Notes: generated by a model from the letters alone, not told the origin. A stretch of 55,673 nucleotides of DNA from Thelocarpon superellum (GCA_026025795.1 JAPEUG010000005.1:62001-117673), one strand, 5' to 3'. Positions 21,367 to 34,663 are shown, counted from the first letter of the stretch. Made by a program: numbers and translations.

Positions 21367-23912
21367 GTGTAGTGGGGAGGTGTGAGGGGTGTTACAACAA
21401 GGAGGGACATCAAGAATAGGGTTAGGGGATGAAGGAGTCAAGGGAAGATTTCAGAACGGCCAATGGAGGGATGCGCATCGGCTCGATCTCGCCGATCATG
21501 ACGCGGGGCACGTCAGACCGTGGACACAGTGGGGGAGGCACAGGTGAGACATCTGGTGTGGCGGCATGGAAGCATTCCTGGATCCCTCCCAACGCGCCGA
21601 CTAAGCGGCGCCCCACGCGCCCCGCTCACGTGTTTCGCACGAGCGTCCACCAGGAATGCGGTATGGTCGAAACGTGGGAGGTGCCATGGTGATCTCAACC
21701 CGGAAACTTTCCACGGTCTCAAACATCCCCATCAATCCTCGGAAATGATCGTGACGAGATCATGAGGAGCGTTGACGCGTCGTCATGGGCGGGATTGCTC
21801 GGTCATGCATTCGGTCCGTATCCGGTGAATGTGACGCATTCAACCGATGTGCATAAAGATCCGCACAGGAGGATGTGGGGAAAACAATGCTGGTCGACAT
21901 GCGTCGGAGCTTCGGAGCTCCTTCTAGAAGAGCCGCCTCCAATACAGTAGCTCATGGGCGGCGAGCGGATGGGTTTGGTGGTGTCCGGGATGAACAGGCA
22001 CCACTGGGTACGAAATACGGAGGATCCAACCTGCGTGCTCTGGTACACAACCTGTGCGAGAGCTGGCTGTGGTCGACGTACCGCTCCCGTCGGACCAATG
22101 GTAACGAGGTGACGTGAGCCAAAGCAGGAGCGAGAATTGCGTGGGCGCTTCGGGCGGCGCGTCGCTATGTGGTACTCTTACCTCGAAATCTGCGAGCCCG
22201 CAACAACAATTGAGGTAGAGCGACTCGCTCTTCAGTCGACGTACCAATCGCGATGCGCGTTGTGGTCGGCGTCGGAATCACTTCACAAGACGTCGAGCTC
22301 GATTCCCCAGTCCTCGTACCTACACTCTGGCGTGATTACAGCGGCATCGTGGCCCGTTTGGTCGTTTTGGGTGATGTGCAACGGCGCGGAGATGAAACGG
22401 ACTATCTGCCGTTATGAGCACACCCGGCGGTGGGATTGGTCCGTGCTGCGGCTACGACGCAGCTCCCCTGTCCTTCTACCAGCATCGCTTGACCGCTGCT
22501 GGCCGTTGCCCGCATCGGCTCGCCTCAGGGCCAAGGAAACAGGGGAATGGCCCGGGGCCAGACGGGACCGGCCACATGGTCCGCGGCCGCCAGAGGTTTG
22601 AAACGGAGAAATCAACCGGGCGATCCCACCGCCCAGTCCTCGCCGATACCTGGCACAAGATTACACAATCTCATGCCGAGGTGAGGGATCAAGATCGTAG
22701 GCCCTACGTGGTGCACCAGAAGATGTTGGACACGGCGTGCCAAGGACAGTGACCACCGCGGGCCACTGTGGCCGTTTGGGTGGTGCATCAAGGGATTCTG
22801 GCGGCGTGCGCCAGCCGAAGAGTAAGCATGAGCGGTGGTCATATGGCTGCGGGTGGCGGAGGCCGCTGACCTCATCGGACCTTGGGCGGCGAGCCTGTTT
22901 CAAGCACTGCGCGCAGCGACCGAGGACCTCGATATATCCTCAGCTAATCTTGGTCCATCCTCAATCTCCCGCAGCATGGTTGTCAAAGCGCCGAGGGTGC
23001 AGGTGGTGATCCAAGCATCCTGGCCCGATACGCGTCCTCGATCAGTCCGAGTGGGTGCGGTCGGCGTCTCGCGAGGGATTGCGTGCGAGGTCGAGGGTGC
23101 CGAAGCACTCGGCAAGTGGGGCGTTGCCATCTGGCCGCGGCTGTGTTGACGGCTTACCGCCCAATCGTTCGCCCGCGGGTCTCCGACGCTGCGACGGGGC
23201 CAGGTGCAGCAGTGCTGAACCCGACCAGCCAGCACCGTCACTTCACAGCCCAAGTCCACCGAGCGAGCGTCGTAATCCCACTTGTAACGGAGAGTATTCG
23301 TGGGCGTGCGCAGTGCGACGAGGTGCTCCGGTCGGTGGACCAACGACAATGAAGCATGGCCTGTCGCCCGCGTAATGAGGTCGGAATCTGGTCCAGGGGC
23401 AGTGACGGGTGATTGGCGGACGGGTGACAGCGGCGTGGCGGCGTGGAGGCGTGGGCGCAAGAAGCTCGGCGCCCCCCCTGTCCAGGCGAGCGGGCACCCT
23501 GGCAAACCAAATCAGTCACTTCGCTTGCTCGCTTGGCTCCTTTTCGCCTAAGCGTCATCTCCCATTGTGATCGCTGGTCCCACCTGGCCCGCGGGTCCTT
23601 TTCTATCCCACCTCGCCGCAATTTCTTCATCCTTCCTGCTCGCACACTCCTTCCGCGCGCTTCATTTCTGCACACACTTTGGCTCTCTCGTAGGCCGTTC
23701 CTTTCCTTACGGACCACCGTCACTCTCTTTTCGCTCGCACCCACGGCTTCTTGCACGACCTCACCTTCGCTTCTCGCTCTCGAAACCGTCAACAAACAGC
23801 GTCTCAGGAGGCGTCGAGTGCCACCCCGATATCCGCAGGCTTTCCGGATTTTCCGTGCCCGTCTTATCGCATCGTCTCTCTTTCCCCGCTCTCCAAGCCA
23901 CGCTTCATCATC

Positions 23913-25006
23913 ATGCAGATGCTCAGCAAAGTCACCCTTGCCCTTGTGGCGGCCCTGGCGACGGCGTCGCAGGCGCGCTCCCACAACGCCTTCCCGCAGC
24001 GCCACCACTTCCCCCGAGGCGCCAACGTCACGGCGGCGCCCGAGTTGACCACCTTGACCGTCTTCTCCACCTCGACGGCGACCGTCACCAGCTGCGCCTC
24101 GACCGTTCTCAATTGCCCGGCCCGCTCGACCGTGCTCGTCACCTCGGTCATCGCCGTCTCCACCACCGTGTGCCCCGTCGCCGAGGCCGAGAGCGCCTCG
24201 TCCGCCCTGGCTGCCGCCAGCAGCCCGCCCGCCGCTCCCCTCGGTACCGGTGCCAGACCCGCTGCGGCCTCCACGCCGAACGCGCCCGGTGTAGCCGGCC
24301 CGACCGGTAGCTCCGCCGGTAGCTCCGCCGCGGCTGTTGGCTCGTCGCTGCCGCCTGTTCCCGTGGGTACGGGCAGCGGGGCTGGTGCCGCGGCCGCTCC
24401 CACCGGCCCGGTCAGCGTCATCACTGGCAATTCGACCCTCACCTATACCTTGGGCTCCGGTTCCTCCACCACGGTGGTGACGACGACCATCTCCTACACC
24501 TCGACCGTGACCTCGACCTCGTCGGTGTACGCGACGTCCCCGGCTGCCGCCGCGGAATCAGCCGCTGCCGTGGGATCGGGAGAGACGCCCACGACGACGT
24601 ACCAGTCGACCTCGACCTCCACCAACTTCGTCACCGTCTCCGCCGTTCCCACGGGCGCCGGCGAGGGCGCCTCGCCCGCTAGCGGAGCCGAAGAGGCCGC
24701 GGGCTCGGGCTCGGGCACATGCGCTCCGTCTACGGTCACAGTCACGTCCGTCTCAACGCTCACGGTGGTAAGTACCCTGGCGCATCTGCTCTGCCTCCCC
24801 GCTAACGATGACCGCAGACGGCTAGCCCCAGCTCCGTTGTCGCCGCGGCGGCCGCCAGCACGCCTCCGGTCGTCGGCGCCGTCCCGTCATCGGCTCCTTA
24901 CGGCAACGGCACCTCGCCAGAGTCGACCAGTTGCGCCAGCACTGGCTTCATCACCATCACCCCGTCGGGTTGGGCCTCGCCCACCGGCTCTCGGAGACGC
25001 CATTAA
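23913..25006 (+). CDS. Secreted Ser/Thr/Ala-rich (mucin-like) cell-wall or adhesin-like protein, 2 exons
   Basis: Signal peptide MQMLSKVTLALVAALATASQA and a TVTSC....NCP...TSVIAVSTTVCP motif of fungal cell-wall proteins. Intron 24768-24817 (GTAAGT...GCTAAC...CAG). Stop TAA at 25004-25006. Confidence 0.8.
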
Positions 25007-26972
25007 GCTTGACGCCGGTCCACAATGAACCTTGCGGATGGCGGTCGGATCCGACGATGTGGAGCGCGTTGGAGTTTGATCCATTTGGATTGTTTCTGGC
25101 AATCATGACTTGTCCATACATTGCCCCCACCCCTTCAAGCATCCCCCGGCTCTTCTTGCCCTTTCTGCCCTTTCTTCCCTTTCTTCCCTTTCTTCCCCTA
25201 CGAGCGACGAGTGGGCGGACCGTGGAGCGATCATCTTCAATTTCCGTGAAATGACGGGGATCTGCTCTGAACCCACCGGCCTTCCTATCTTCCCCCATTT
25301 GTTCCTCTCGCACGCATGTTGTGTCCCATCTTCATCGGACACGGTCATACGACTGCGCTTCACTTCTGTATAAATAACTAGACAAAAACGACCTTCAATC
25401 GGCAGGATGTCATCTGGCCCAACGTCCGCAGGCGATGTAGTAGAGCAGGTCTCACCATGAACCCGAACGACGTGGCGCTGGTAGCTTCCCGGGTAGATGG
25501 AGGTGCCGGGACGCTTGGCACGTGGGTCGCGCATCACGAGCAAATGAGCGACGAGCTTCCTTCTGGCGGGGAGAGGTTGAGCGTTTGATGGTCCTCGGAC
25601 AGGATGGAGATCCGCGTTGGGCAAGGATCGACGTTGCGTCTCATGCACGAAATTGATCGACATGCTCCTCATTTTCTCTTCTTCATGCCACGTTCTCAGC
25701 CTCGGGTTCAGCCCGGAGTCGCGAGAGGTGGCGGCACATGGATCTCCGAGTCTTACCGTCCCGAGGCATTTGACAGGCTCAAGGCTGCGGCAAAGGTACT
25801 AGGAAAGAGGTCTTCTGGGGGTGCTGTCATCTTTGACGGATGAGCGTGAAATAAGGTGAGGACTTGCTGCTCGCTTCCACCAAGGCCGACGATCTCCACG
25901 TCGACGGCCACGGGAAGCGACGACGATGATACCCGTCAGATCTCTTAAGGCTGGAGCGGTCGACGGGAGCGCCGCTTTTCCAAGACAGGGTCTCGCTGGC
26001 GAAAGATGTGACTGTCAATCGCGTCGGATACTGCTCCGTGCTTTTGGAGATTGAAATCGATTACACGTCGAGAAGATGCCAACGCCGTTCCCACGCCACC
26101 GAACGGAATGAACACTGATGGGAATCAGGACAAGAAAGAAGGGCAGGTAGCTACAGAGGCCAACTAACCAATGGGCTATTCCGGAAGCCCCTCCGGACGC
26201 TCCTCCGAGGCCTCTGGATGGGCGACAGATGTAAACACGCCACCGCTAGGTGGAGGGGCGTCAAGAGGCTGGGGTCAGGGAAAGTCCTCACCCAGCCGCA
26301 GTCTATGCAAAGGCGGATCTTGACCTTCAGGGTCGATGATCGAGCGTCGGGATGGTGGAGATCTGGCGGGTACGAGGGTCGTGACTCCGTGTGCTAGCGC
26401 GTGGGTGAGGCTGGCGTGATCGCCAAGCCAAGTGGCGTCCAGCGAGCAGCCCCGGTCGGTGGCATACCAAGTGGCACAGTGGTGAGTGTCCGGTGTGGCA
26501 CCACCGCTTCCGGGTGCTTCGATGCCTGACCACCGCTACCCCACCGTCAGCGTTCCCTGGTCACTGGACACTGGTCAGCCTTCGTCCGTCATCAGCTCCA
26601 GCCTCGCTGATTTCCAATCGCCCTTTTCTTCTTCAACGTCCTTCCTGTAAGCGCTCTCGCGTAGTCCGGCAGGCGTTAGGCAAGGCAAAAACGACGACGG
26701 AGCGCGACCGGAGCTACCGACGGCTCCTATGGAACGTGAGCTGGACCTCGCCCGACACATGATCCCGAACCCGAGCCTGATTTCAACCCGAGCCAAACCT
26801 CGGACCGCGACCCGTCACCAGCACCCTCTCTACCAACAACTTCTCCCACCGTCGTCAGTTCCGTCGGGAAAGTCTCACATTCGTCGCTTTTGGCTTGCGC
26901 CGTCATCGGCTCACGACCATCGTCGCCTGGATCGATCGGTGAGGGTCCCGACTCGGGGGCGCGATCGGAGTC

Positions 26973-29900
26973 ATGCCTCGCCTTCCATCGGATGACTACC
27001 TGTCCGAATCGCTCCAACCCTCCAACTCCGGCATTCCCGAGGATGGCGATCTCATAATGTCCTCCGATGATAATCCCCCGGGATACACCCCGCCGCCGCA
27101 CATCGCCGCCCGCTTTTACCGGCCCTCGAACAACCGACGACGCTCGTCCGCGGCGTCCTCGCGTCGTAATTCCATCTCTTCAGCACATTCCCATCACTCC
27201 CATCACTCCCATCACTCCCATCACTCCCATCACTCGCACCAGTCACACCATTCCTACCACGGCCCGCAGAGTAACCACGTGGCCCAGCACCTGCGGCGTG
27301 CCTCCATCCTCGAGAGCCGCAAGGCCCGCCTGGCCGATCGAGCCGCCCATGCCGAGAAGGTCCGTCTGCGCGCTGCCATGGCCAAGGCGGCCCCTCGGCC
27401 CTCCAACAGCGAGGAGCGCGCCTTGGCCGCCCAGCACGCCCGGGAGAAGTACCTGGCCCAGGTCACCGCGGCCTGCGCCGAGGAGGTGAAGAAGGCCAAG
27501 CGCGTGGCGGAAGACATGAAGGAGAAGCGGGAGGCGGAACAGCGGAAGCTACGGGGCGAGACGGAAGAGAAACTGGCCGAGGCCGAGAAGCGGAGGGTGG
27601 AGTACAAGCGACACCTGAAGCGGGGGCGAGGGCCCAGTCCGGCACGAGTAGAGGAGAAGAAGATGGCGCCTATGGCGTCGGCGGTACCGGACGAAATGGC
27701 GGCGGTCCGCCGAATACAAACGGCGTGGCGGCGCCGGCGACGGAGAGCGAGCTTGATGGCGTTTCGGGCTCTCGGGCTCTCGCTCGAGACGGTGCGGAAC
27801 GCGAGCTTCGAGACGCTGGGAGACCTCCTGGCAGAGGATCGAGTGCTCCACAGCACCGCCAAGATGCTTGACGTCTGTGGCCTCCATGACCGAGAGGCGG
27901 GTCCGGTCGAGGACCGTACCGCTGTTCGCACCTTTCTCAGCGCCTACCTGATCGCCGGACATCCCGAACATGTGCTGAGTAGCCAAGAGGAGCAGGAGCA
28001 GGTATGCGTGGCCCCGCCAACGTCCCTCGATTCAACCGCTGACCCCGGCCCAGGATCTCATCACAAAGTCGCGAGACGTGCTGCTTGCATTTGAGCAGCT
28101 CATGTTGGCGATGGAGCGGATGCATTATCAGCTTCCGCATGCCCGCGTTCGGGTGCTCGCCGAATCGTACAGTACCTTCCGGGCGGCATTCACGGCATGG
28201 AAGGCGCACGATTCAAGTACGTTGGTGCAGACCATGATCGCTCAATATGTCGAGTTGGACTCGATCTGGCAGACGGTCAAGGATGCCACGGAAGACGTGG
28301 TGAAGATGGAGTACAAGGAAGGCATCCAAAACAACCAGGTGTTGCTCATCGTACGGATCAAGCGGTTGGCTGGGCCGGAGAAGGCCAAGGCCATGATTCA
28401 ACACGCCGTGCGCCAAGCCCGGCGACATCGCGGTCACAAGCCGACGGGCGATGCCCGACCTCGAGCCGCGTTGGAAACGTCCGCCGTGGCTCCGGACGTG
28501 AATCTAGCCTCTGCGAGTTCCGCTTCGGTCGACTCGCACCTCCCGACGCTCACCCCGCTGCCACAGGTCTCGCGCCGGCTCTCACCGCAAGCGGGAGAGC
28601 TGCTGAAGATGACGTCGGCCTTACCAGATAATCGGACGCTGGTGCATGAGCTGGCCATCAACCGAGACTACCGGATTGGGGCAGGATCGAGCAGCAAATC
28701 GGAGCTACGGAATAGCTTGCACGCCGCCATCTTCGATCAAATGCGGCGAGATATTGACGTGGGTCAAGGTGATCAATGGATCGTCGCCATGGCGGAGAAC
28801 ATCCGAGAGAAACTTCTTCGTCTCCTGACGCCGGGCAACTCGTTGCACACGCTGATCTCCGAAGCGCTGGACCCGGTCGTGGTCCAACGAGAATGCTCGA
28901 CGGGGAGCTTTTCGTACGAGCGATTCTTCTCCTTCATGGCCACTGTTCTCCCCCGACTCTGCGCTCCGTTCCGCGACGCCGACGTCCGGACGATCTCGGA
29001 GGACCAGAGTGGCGACGTGATTGATCGGCTGGCGAGACTGATGCAAGTCATTGATCTGTTGTCGCTCGATTACGCCAATTATATCCTCCAAAACTCCGCG
29101 CCGCGGCTGATCAGCGAAGCGCCTGGGTACGAAGAACGGAAATTCGCTCACGATCTCGAGAGGAACGCGTTGGGGCTGCAGCGGACGGAGCGATGGTGGA
29201 CCAAAGCACGCGCCAAGGTGTTTGAAGAAGCCCAGCGACGAGATACGGAGGGGATCGGCCACCCGGCGAATCGGCCAACGCTGGAGAAGATCTATCTCTA
29301 CGCACTTCACGATCTCTCAACGAATCCGGCCGATGTGACGGTCGAGGATCTCCCCGAAACCCTCTCGCTCGACCAAGAACGCATCTCACGCATGCGCGCC
29401 GACACGCTCCGCATCATCACCATCGGCTCGATGCTACTGACGGCCAAAAACCTCCTGAAGCGCGACGTTCGCACGGCGTGGAAGAGCGAGGCGTCGAAGA
29501 TGTGGGACATTCTGTCCCACTCGCCGATCCAGTACGCCCCGGGGCTCTTCAACGCGCTGCTCGCCACCGTCGAATCCGCCCACGCCCTCCCGTCGAGCAG
29601 CAAAGCGCATCTCAGCGCATCCATCACACGGATCCTGTCACAAGCGTCGTGCCGGCGCCTCAGCGACCCGGTGCTCAAACTCCTGCACCACCGCCTCCGC
29701 AGCCACCTCTTCGCGCGTCTCACGGCCAGCAGCGCCGGTGACCGCGTGCGACTCGCCAGCACGGCGTCGGAAGGTCTCGCCAACAGCGGTCTGCCTGAAT
29801 TTGTGGCCCGCATGGGCGTCATGGCTGACGAGCTTGCGCGTGTCGGCAACGTCGATCGCGAGGCTCATGGGAAATGGTACGACCAAATTGAAAGTCGCGT

Positions 29901-30051
29901 GGCTGCGGCGCAGGCGCAGGCGCAGACGGGCGAGATGGTCTCGGCGGCGGGAGCGGGAGGAGTCGCGGCTGGGGCGATAGGATTAGGTGGTGATGTTGCA
30001 GCTACTACGACGACGACGACGAAAGAGGTGGCTGGTACGCGACTCGGTTGA
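26973..30051 (+). CDS. SOK1: SOK1 / T-complex protein 11 (TCP11) family protein with an IQ-like motif, 2 exons
   Basis: Motifs IQTAWRRRRR (IQ-like), RTFLSAYLIAGHP, LVHELAIN.DY, LCAPFRD, DLLSLDYANY, GYEERKF and LPETLSLDQERI. Intron at about 28002-28053. Confidence 0.8.
27187..27258 (+). repeat. Coding 9-bp tandem repeat (CATCACTCC)n encoding (SHH)n
   Basis: Directly visible; translates as SHHSHHSHHSHHSHHSHQSHHSYH in the SOK1-like frame. Confidence 0.9.
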
Positions 30052-30496
30052 TTAATGAGTGGTTGACTGATTGATTGATTGAGTGAGTAAGTGAGAGATC
30101 GATGGGTCAACTTGAGGTGTCGGTGTGTGCGCGTATTGGCGTGACGGGTTCCATACAACCATGTACATATTGACATGTATCTCTTGCCTGTTGACCACGG
30201 AGGCACTCATAGTCTGGAATTACTCCTGTTCCAGCCGCATGATTGTCAGTAGTATACGAGGTTCAAGTGGCTGGTACATAACGGCAAGAGGTAGGTGTTG
30301 TGCGCCGACTCGGTTTCGCCGTTTGATTGGATACATTGCGTGGACTGGGAGAAGGAGGTAGCGAGGGACGTGAACTAGTGACGCAATGAATGTTCCTATC
30401 TTTGTGCTTTGTATCGTTATATCTGTCTTTACGTCTCGATGAATATGCGTATACGCGCGCGTGTATGTATGGCAGGACGTCGTTCGAATCGTAGCT

Positions 30497-32209
30497 TTAT
30501 TCCTCCTCCTCCCCCCCCTCCTCCTCCTCCTCCTCCTCCTCTTCTTCTTCAGCCTCGTCGTCGTCAGAAGAAGAACCACTACCTTCGCTTTGACCCTCTG
30601 ATCCAGGATCATAATCTTCTTCCTCCTCGTCCTCTTCGTCGAATGCTCCCCCGCCTGCTCCTGCTTCCCCTGCCCTTCCGTTCATTCCGCCCATTGCTAC
30701 GTCCCCCTTTCCTCCCATCTCCCGTCCACCCTCCCCCTCAACATTGCCAGTCATCGCACCGGTTGTCTTGGACCAGGCGCCGCTCTCTGCGTTTGCGCCC
30801 GCGCTTGTATTCGCCCCTGCATCCGCGTGCGCACTCGCGACCGCCCGGGCCCGGCGCTGCTCGGCCATACTTGCGTCATGCAAGCCGTGTCGCTTCACGT
30901 ACTCGTCTATTCCCGGGAAGTCGGCCTGGTCCAGCATGCTGAATTCGAGCTCTTCGTTGTCCTTCTCCTCTTCCTCCGCCGCCCCTCCTCCTCCTCCCCC
31001 CTTCGTATCTGTGGTGGAATGATGGCTGATCTCGATATTGAGGTTGAATGTTCGCTGTAGCACCGATGTGTACGAGATGGAGTTTATTCGGTCAAAGGAG
31101 AAGAAGAGCAGTGGTTTTTTGAACCCCCAGAGGATCCCTGTCGGTAGGAAGTAGAGGTATCCTGAGCCACAGTCTGTTAGCCCTGCATCTTTTCCACGCC
31201 CATTTCCATCTCCGGTCGGTCGACCTTACCCTCCTTGCTACCCCGGAACCCCTTCACATGTACCGCCTTTTCGTCCTTCCGATGCGCCTGCACAATGGCA
31301 CTGACAAACTCCGCTTCCGATGGCTCCACCACTCGCTTCCCCGATCCCAGCGGACGAAGCTGTTTGTTTACGAGCCAGATCAAGAGGCTGCGGAGCGTAG
31401 GTTCACCCGTAATGCCTTCGTTTATCATGGATTGTTGCATCTCGATCCCGGTTGCGGTGGTCGGAAGGAGTGCCGACTCGGGAACGGTCCACACGATCGC
31501 ATCGGGCTCTGCGCCGTCGCCATCTTTGATCCCGTTTGCGCCGCTCGGCCGTGTCCGTCGGGGGAAGATGCAGAAATTATGTTGCGGCTGGACCTTCTCA
31601 GGCACCGGCGCGCAGACGACATGTTCTATCATCATCGTTAGACTCATCCCATGTAGATTAACTCGCGACTCGCCCACCTATATCCTCCCAGCGAACAGCA
31701 CACTCCGTGGCGGCGGAGAAGGAAGGGCTCCGGCCCACCAGCCCATCCGTTGTGAATTCCAGTCGTAGTTTCTTGCGGGGAATCGTAAAGGACAGGTCGC
31801 CTGCATCGAGGATGACGGAAGCAAGAGACGGCGTGGATGATGGTGGTAAGACAGGGGCCAGACTCTTGCTCGCGCTGCGGCCGTCAATGACAACTTCGAG
31901 TCGTCGTTTCTTCGCCGCCGGTTCGGCGCCATCTCCACCAGACGCTTGCTGCTGCTGCTCGAGCCTGGTGCACTTTTCTCGTAGGTTGATGATATATCGG
32001 GCGACATCGATAAAAAGAGGATTCCAGTCATGATGACGCTCTGCATGCCATCAATGCAATGGTCAGTGGTGATTTTAGTTGAGCTGCCGTGGTCGCGGAG
32101 TGCTCATACCCATTACTCCTCCCATAGCCGCCCTCAGCTGGGGGTTGTCGGGAAAGGCCATGGTCATGAGCTCCTCATTCTTGCGGAGGACGGTGGCCCC
32201 GGATGCCAT
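30497..32209 (-). CDS. RTT106: Histone chaperone Rtt106 (tandem PH domains, acidic tail), 4 exons
   Basis: Exons encode [92 protein letters not shown] and a long Asp/Glu tail. Confidence 0.9.
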
Positions 32210-32878
32210 GTCAACTGTCCAAAGCACAGAAGAGCAACTGATCGACGTGTTGATGATGGGAGGATTGGTGTTGTCGTTGAGGACACGACCAGATCTTCGA
32301 GTCGTCTCTCCCGATTAAACGACAAGATCGCCGTTCCGCTCGAACAGACCATCAACCCTACGCCACACCAATATCGCAGTCTTCCTGCTACTACAGCAGG
32401 TCATTGTCCATGGTCACTCCGAAAAGACGAATCTATGGATAATTTGTATGTTTATATTGTCATTGATCGTAGCAAATTGCAGAAACTATACAGGGTGATC
32501 GGTCAACATTGAGATACGGCTCATACTCATCCACTCATTTTTTCTGATTGCGATGCTCAGATATCGTTGACATTTCCGAAGTCGTCGATCCATGGATGGA
32601 AGTAAAGAAATCGTGGCTGAAGAGCCGTGAGGTCATTCAATGGTCAGGGTAACGATCGTCGTGAAGCGTGTTGATTGCGTGTGCGGTGCGTGCGGCGACA
32701 TCGCCGGGGTTCGTTAGTGACAGTCGTTGTTCGTGGTCATATCGTTCAATGTCTAGGCTGATCTCAGGTATCCGTCCGCCAGTCATGGCTAGAGGTGCGT
32801 TGATGGGAAAATGGGTATGTGAAAGGAAAAGAGCTCGAGACAACGGAACGCGACCGTAATGGATGCCGTCGTGATTCG

Positions 32879-34663
32879 TCATGAGATGGTCCGACTCCGG
32901 CGGAAGCGAGTGCGTCGCTCCCACGATTTCGCCGGTCGCTCGGCCCAGGAGCGAGAGAAGGGGATGGGAGGTAGCTTCACGTCGTGGATGAGCTTCAACA
33001 AGCTGGCCTTCTTGGAGAGCTTGGGCTGGAGCTGCGATGCGATCTGCACCATGGGCCCGACGATGACTTCGTCGCCGAGCTTGGGAAACTTGCCCTCGCA
33101 GCGCGGGTCGTTTAGCCAAGGGATCTCCACCACCGTCGTCGTGGTTGCGTCCGGCGTCGTCTCGCGTAAGGTCTCCTCCTTGACCTTCTCATCTTCATCC
33201 GCAATGGCAGAGATGGCCAGATCACGATTCTTCCGCCACAGCGCGTCGATCTCATTCCACTTCTCTTCCGTCAGCTTGTACGTCTTGGACGTCACGCCAT
33301 AATGTTCGCCCGTCCGCACGAGATGCTTGGTGAAGTTGCAGCGCGCCAGCTCCCAGTTGGCTCGGATCTGTCGACAAGCCTCGACGTCGAAGACGTCCGG
33401 AGCATAGGGCGCCGGATGGATGTCGAAGTTGGCGTGGCCAAGGGTCCGAGCCCAGTGGTCGTCGGGGTCCGCCAGCCGGATGCTCGGGATCTCGTGCGAC
33501 GGCACGAGGTGGGCGTTCGCTCGGTGTCGCAGTGACGACATGGATGGTTTGGTGGAGAGCGGTGGCGATGGCATGCCCGACGTCTGCGGCGTGCACGGCA
33601 CCTCGCGCGGGTCTGGCGTCAAGGAGAAGGGTTCGGGTCCGTCGGCCACGGTCGGCGACTGCAAGGGTGACTGAGTCGGAGTCGCGTCGTGGCCTTTGGG
33701 ACGCTCCAGGACCATCAACGGTGGCAGGAGTGGCGTCGTCGCCTGTCCGGCGCGACTGTCCGTCGGCTTCTCTTTGCCGTCCTCCTCCTCGTCTTCGTCC
33801 ATCTCGAGGGGGCTCGGCTCGGGGGTCTCATCATGCTCGCTCAGGATGCTGCTCGGTGTGGGAGGATATTGGATCTCGTATCGGTCGGACATCTCGACGA
33901 CGGACTGAGTCATGGACGAGGTGCGACTGGACGAAGGCCCAGAGCGAGAGCATTCTCGTCGCGCGTCCGGCATCGCCGCGCTGCCGGCTTTCTTCCCCTT
34001 CCATCGAGGCGCGAACGAGGGTAGTCGGCGGCCGAGACGAGAGGCGATGCCGGTCATCGGCGAGTCGGAGGACGAACGCTTGCGCAGATACGGCAGGGCG
34101 AACGTGTCATTGTCGCTCGTAAAGCCGTCGGCCAGGTCACAGCTCTCTGGATGCGCGAGCGCGACGGACGAGAGGGTGAGCGTCTCGTCGCGGAAGTCGG
34201 GGAGCTGGTCGAGGCTCAGCTGGCCCGCCATGCTTCGGTCGAGCTGCATCGGCGCCACGCTGGGAGAAGGCTGATATGGGCAGTCATAGGACTCGGCCGA
34301 ATCGTCATACACGTGGGCGTCCTCCTCGCGTTCCAGTGGCTCCTCTTTCACGTCTGGCAGCGAGCGCAAGGTCAATTGATACGTCTCGAGCGCGTCGATG
34401 ACGGATGGCGGCGAGGGAAATTCCTTGGGGAAGGGGGGAAAGGTCGTGACGTCGACCGAAGACGCCGGGCTATCATACCGCCCGAAGCCGCGCAGCGAGA
34501 AGGTGGGCGTGACGGGCGAGGGAATGTCCGAGGACGTGGATTTGGGTGTGTGGAATGAGGCGTAAAAGTCGGGGCAATCGAACTCGAAGCGCTCCTTGCT
34601 CTCTTCAGACCTTCGGGCCTCCACGAGCTGAGGCAGCAGCAACGGTTTCAACTTGGTCGGCAT
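32879..34663 (-). CDS. Conserved fungal Pro/Ser-rich hypothetical protein
   Basis: 594-aa uninterrupted ORF beginning MPTKLKPLLLPQLVE. Globular-looking C-terminal block DHWARTLGHANFDIHPAPY...WELARCNFTKHLVRTGEHYGVTSKTYKLTEEKW...GKFPKLGDEVIVGPM. Confidence 0.8.
   Translation of the reverse strand: MPTKLKPLLLPQLVEARRSEESKERFEFDCPDFYASFHTPKSTSSDIPSPVTPTFSLRGFGRYDSPASSVDVTTFPPFPKEFPSPPSVIDALETYQLTLRSLPDVKEEPLEREEDAHVYDDSAESYDCPYQPSPSVAPMQLDRSMAGQLSLDQLPDFRDETLTLSSVALAHPESCDLADGFTSDNDTFALPYLRKRSSSDSPMTGIASRLGRRLPSFAPRWKGKKAGSAAMPDARRECSRSGPSSSRTSSMTQSVVEMSDRYEIQYPPTPSSILSEHDETPEPSPLEMDEDEEEDGKEKPTDSRAGQATTPLLPPLMVLERPKGHDATPTQSPLQSPTVADGPEPFSLTPDPREVPCTPQTSGMPSPPLSTKPSMSSLRHRANAHLVPSHEIPSIRLADPDDHWARTLGHANFDIHPAPYAPDVFDVEACRQIRANWELARCNFTKHLVRTGEHYGVTSKTYKLTEEKWNEIDALWRKNRDLAISAIADEDEKVKEETLRETTPDATTTTVVEIPWLNDPRCEGKFPKLGDEVIVGPMVQIASQLQPKLSKKASLLKLIHDVKLPPIPFSRSWAERPAKSWERRTRFRRSRTIS

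Noticed and set aside
21417..21427. TAGGGTTAGGG telomere-like motif
   Set aside because: Under two repeat units, expected by chance, with no array or supporting telomerase-RNA structure visible.
25103..26018. 189-aa and 63-aa minus-strand ORFs as a gene
   Set aside because: No recognisable domain, and the 3' part runs through a (CTTTCTTCC)n repeat in the neighbour's 3' UTR. Cannot be supported without expression data.
30056..30095. (TGAT/TGAG)n run after the SOK1 stop and (CCT)n run at 30500-30550
   Set aside because: Ordinary microsatellites; the second simply encodes the Rtt106 poly-Glu tail.
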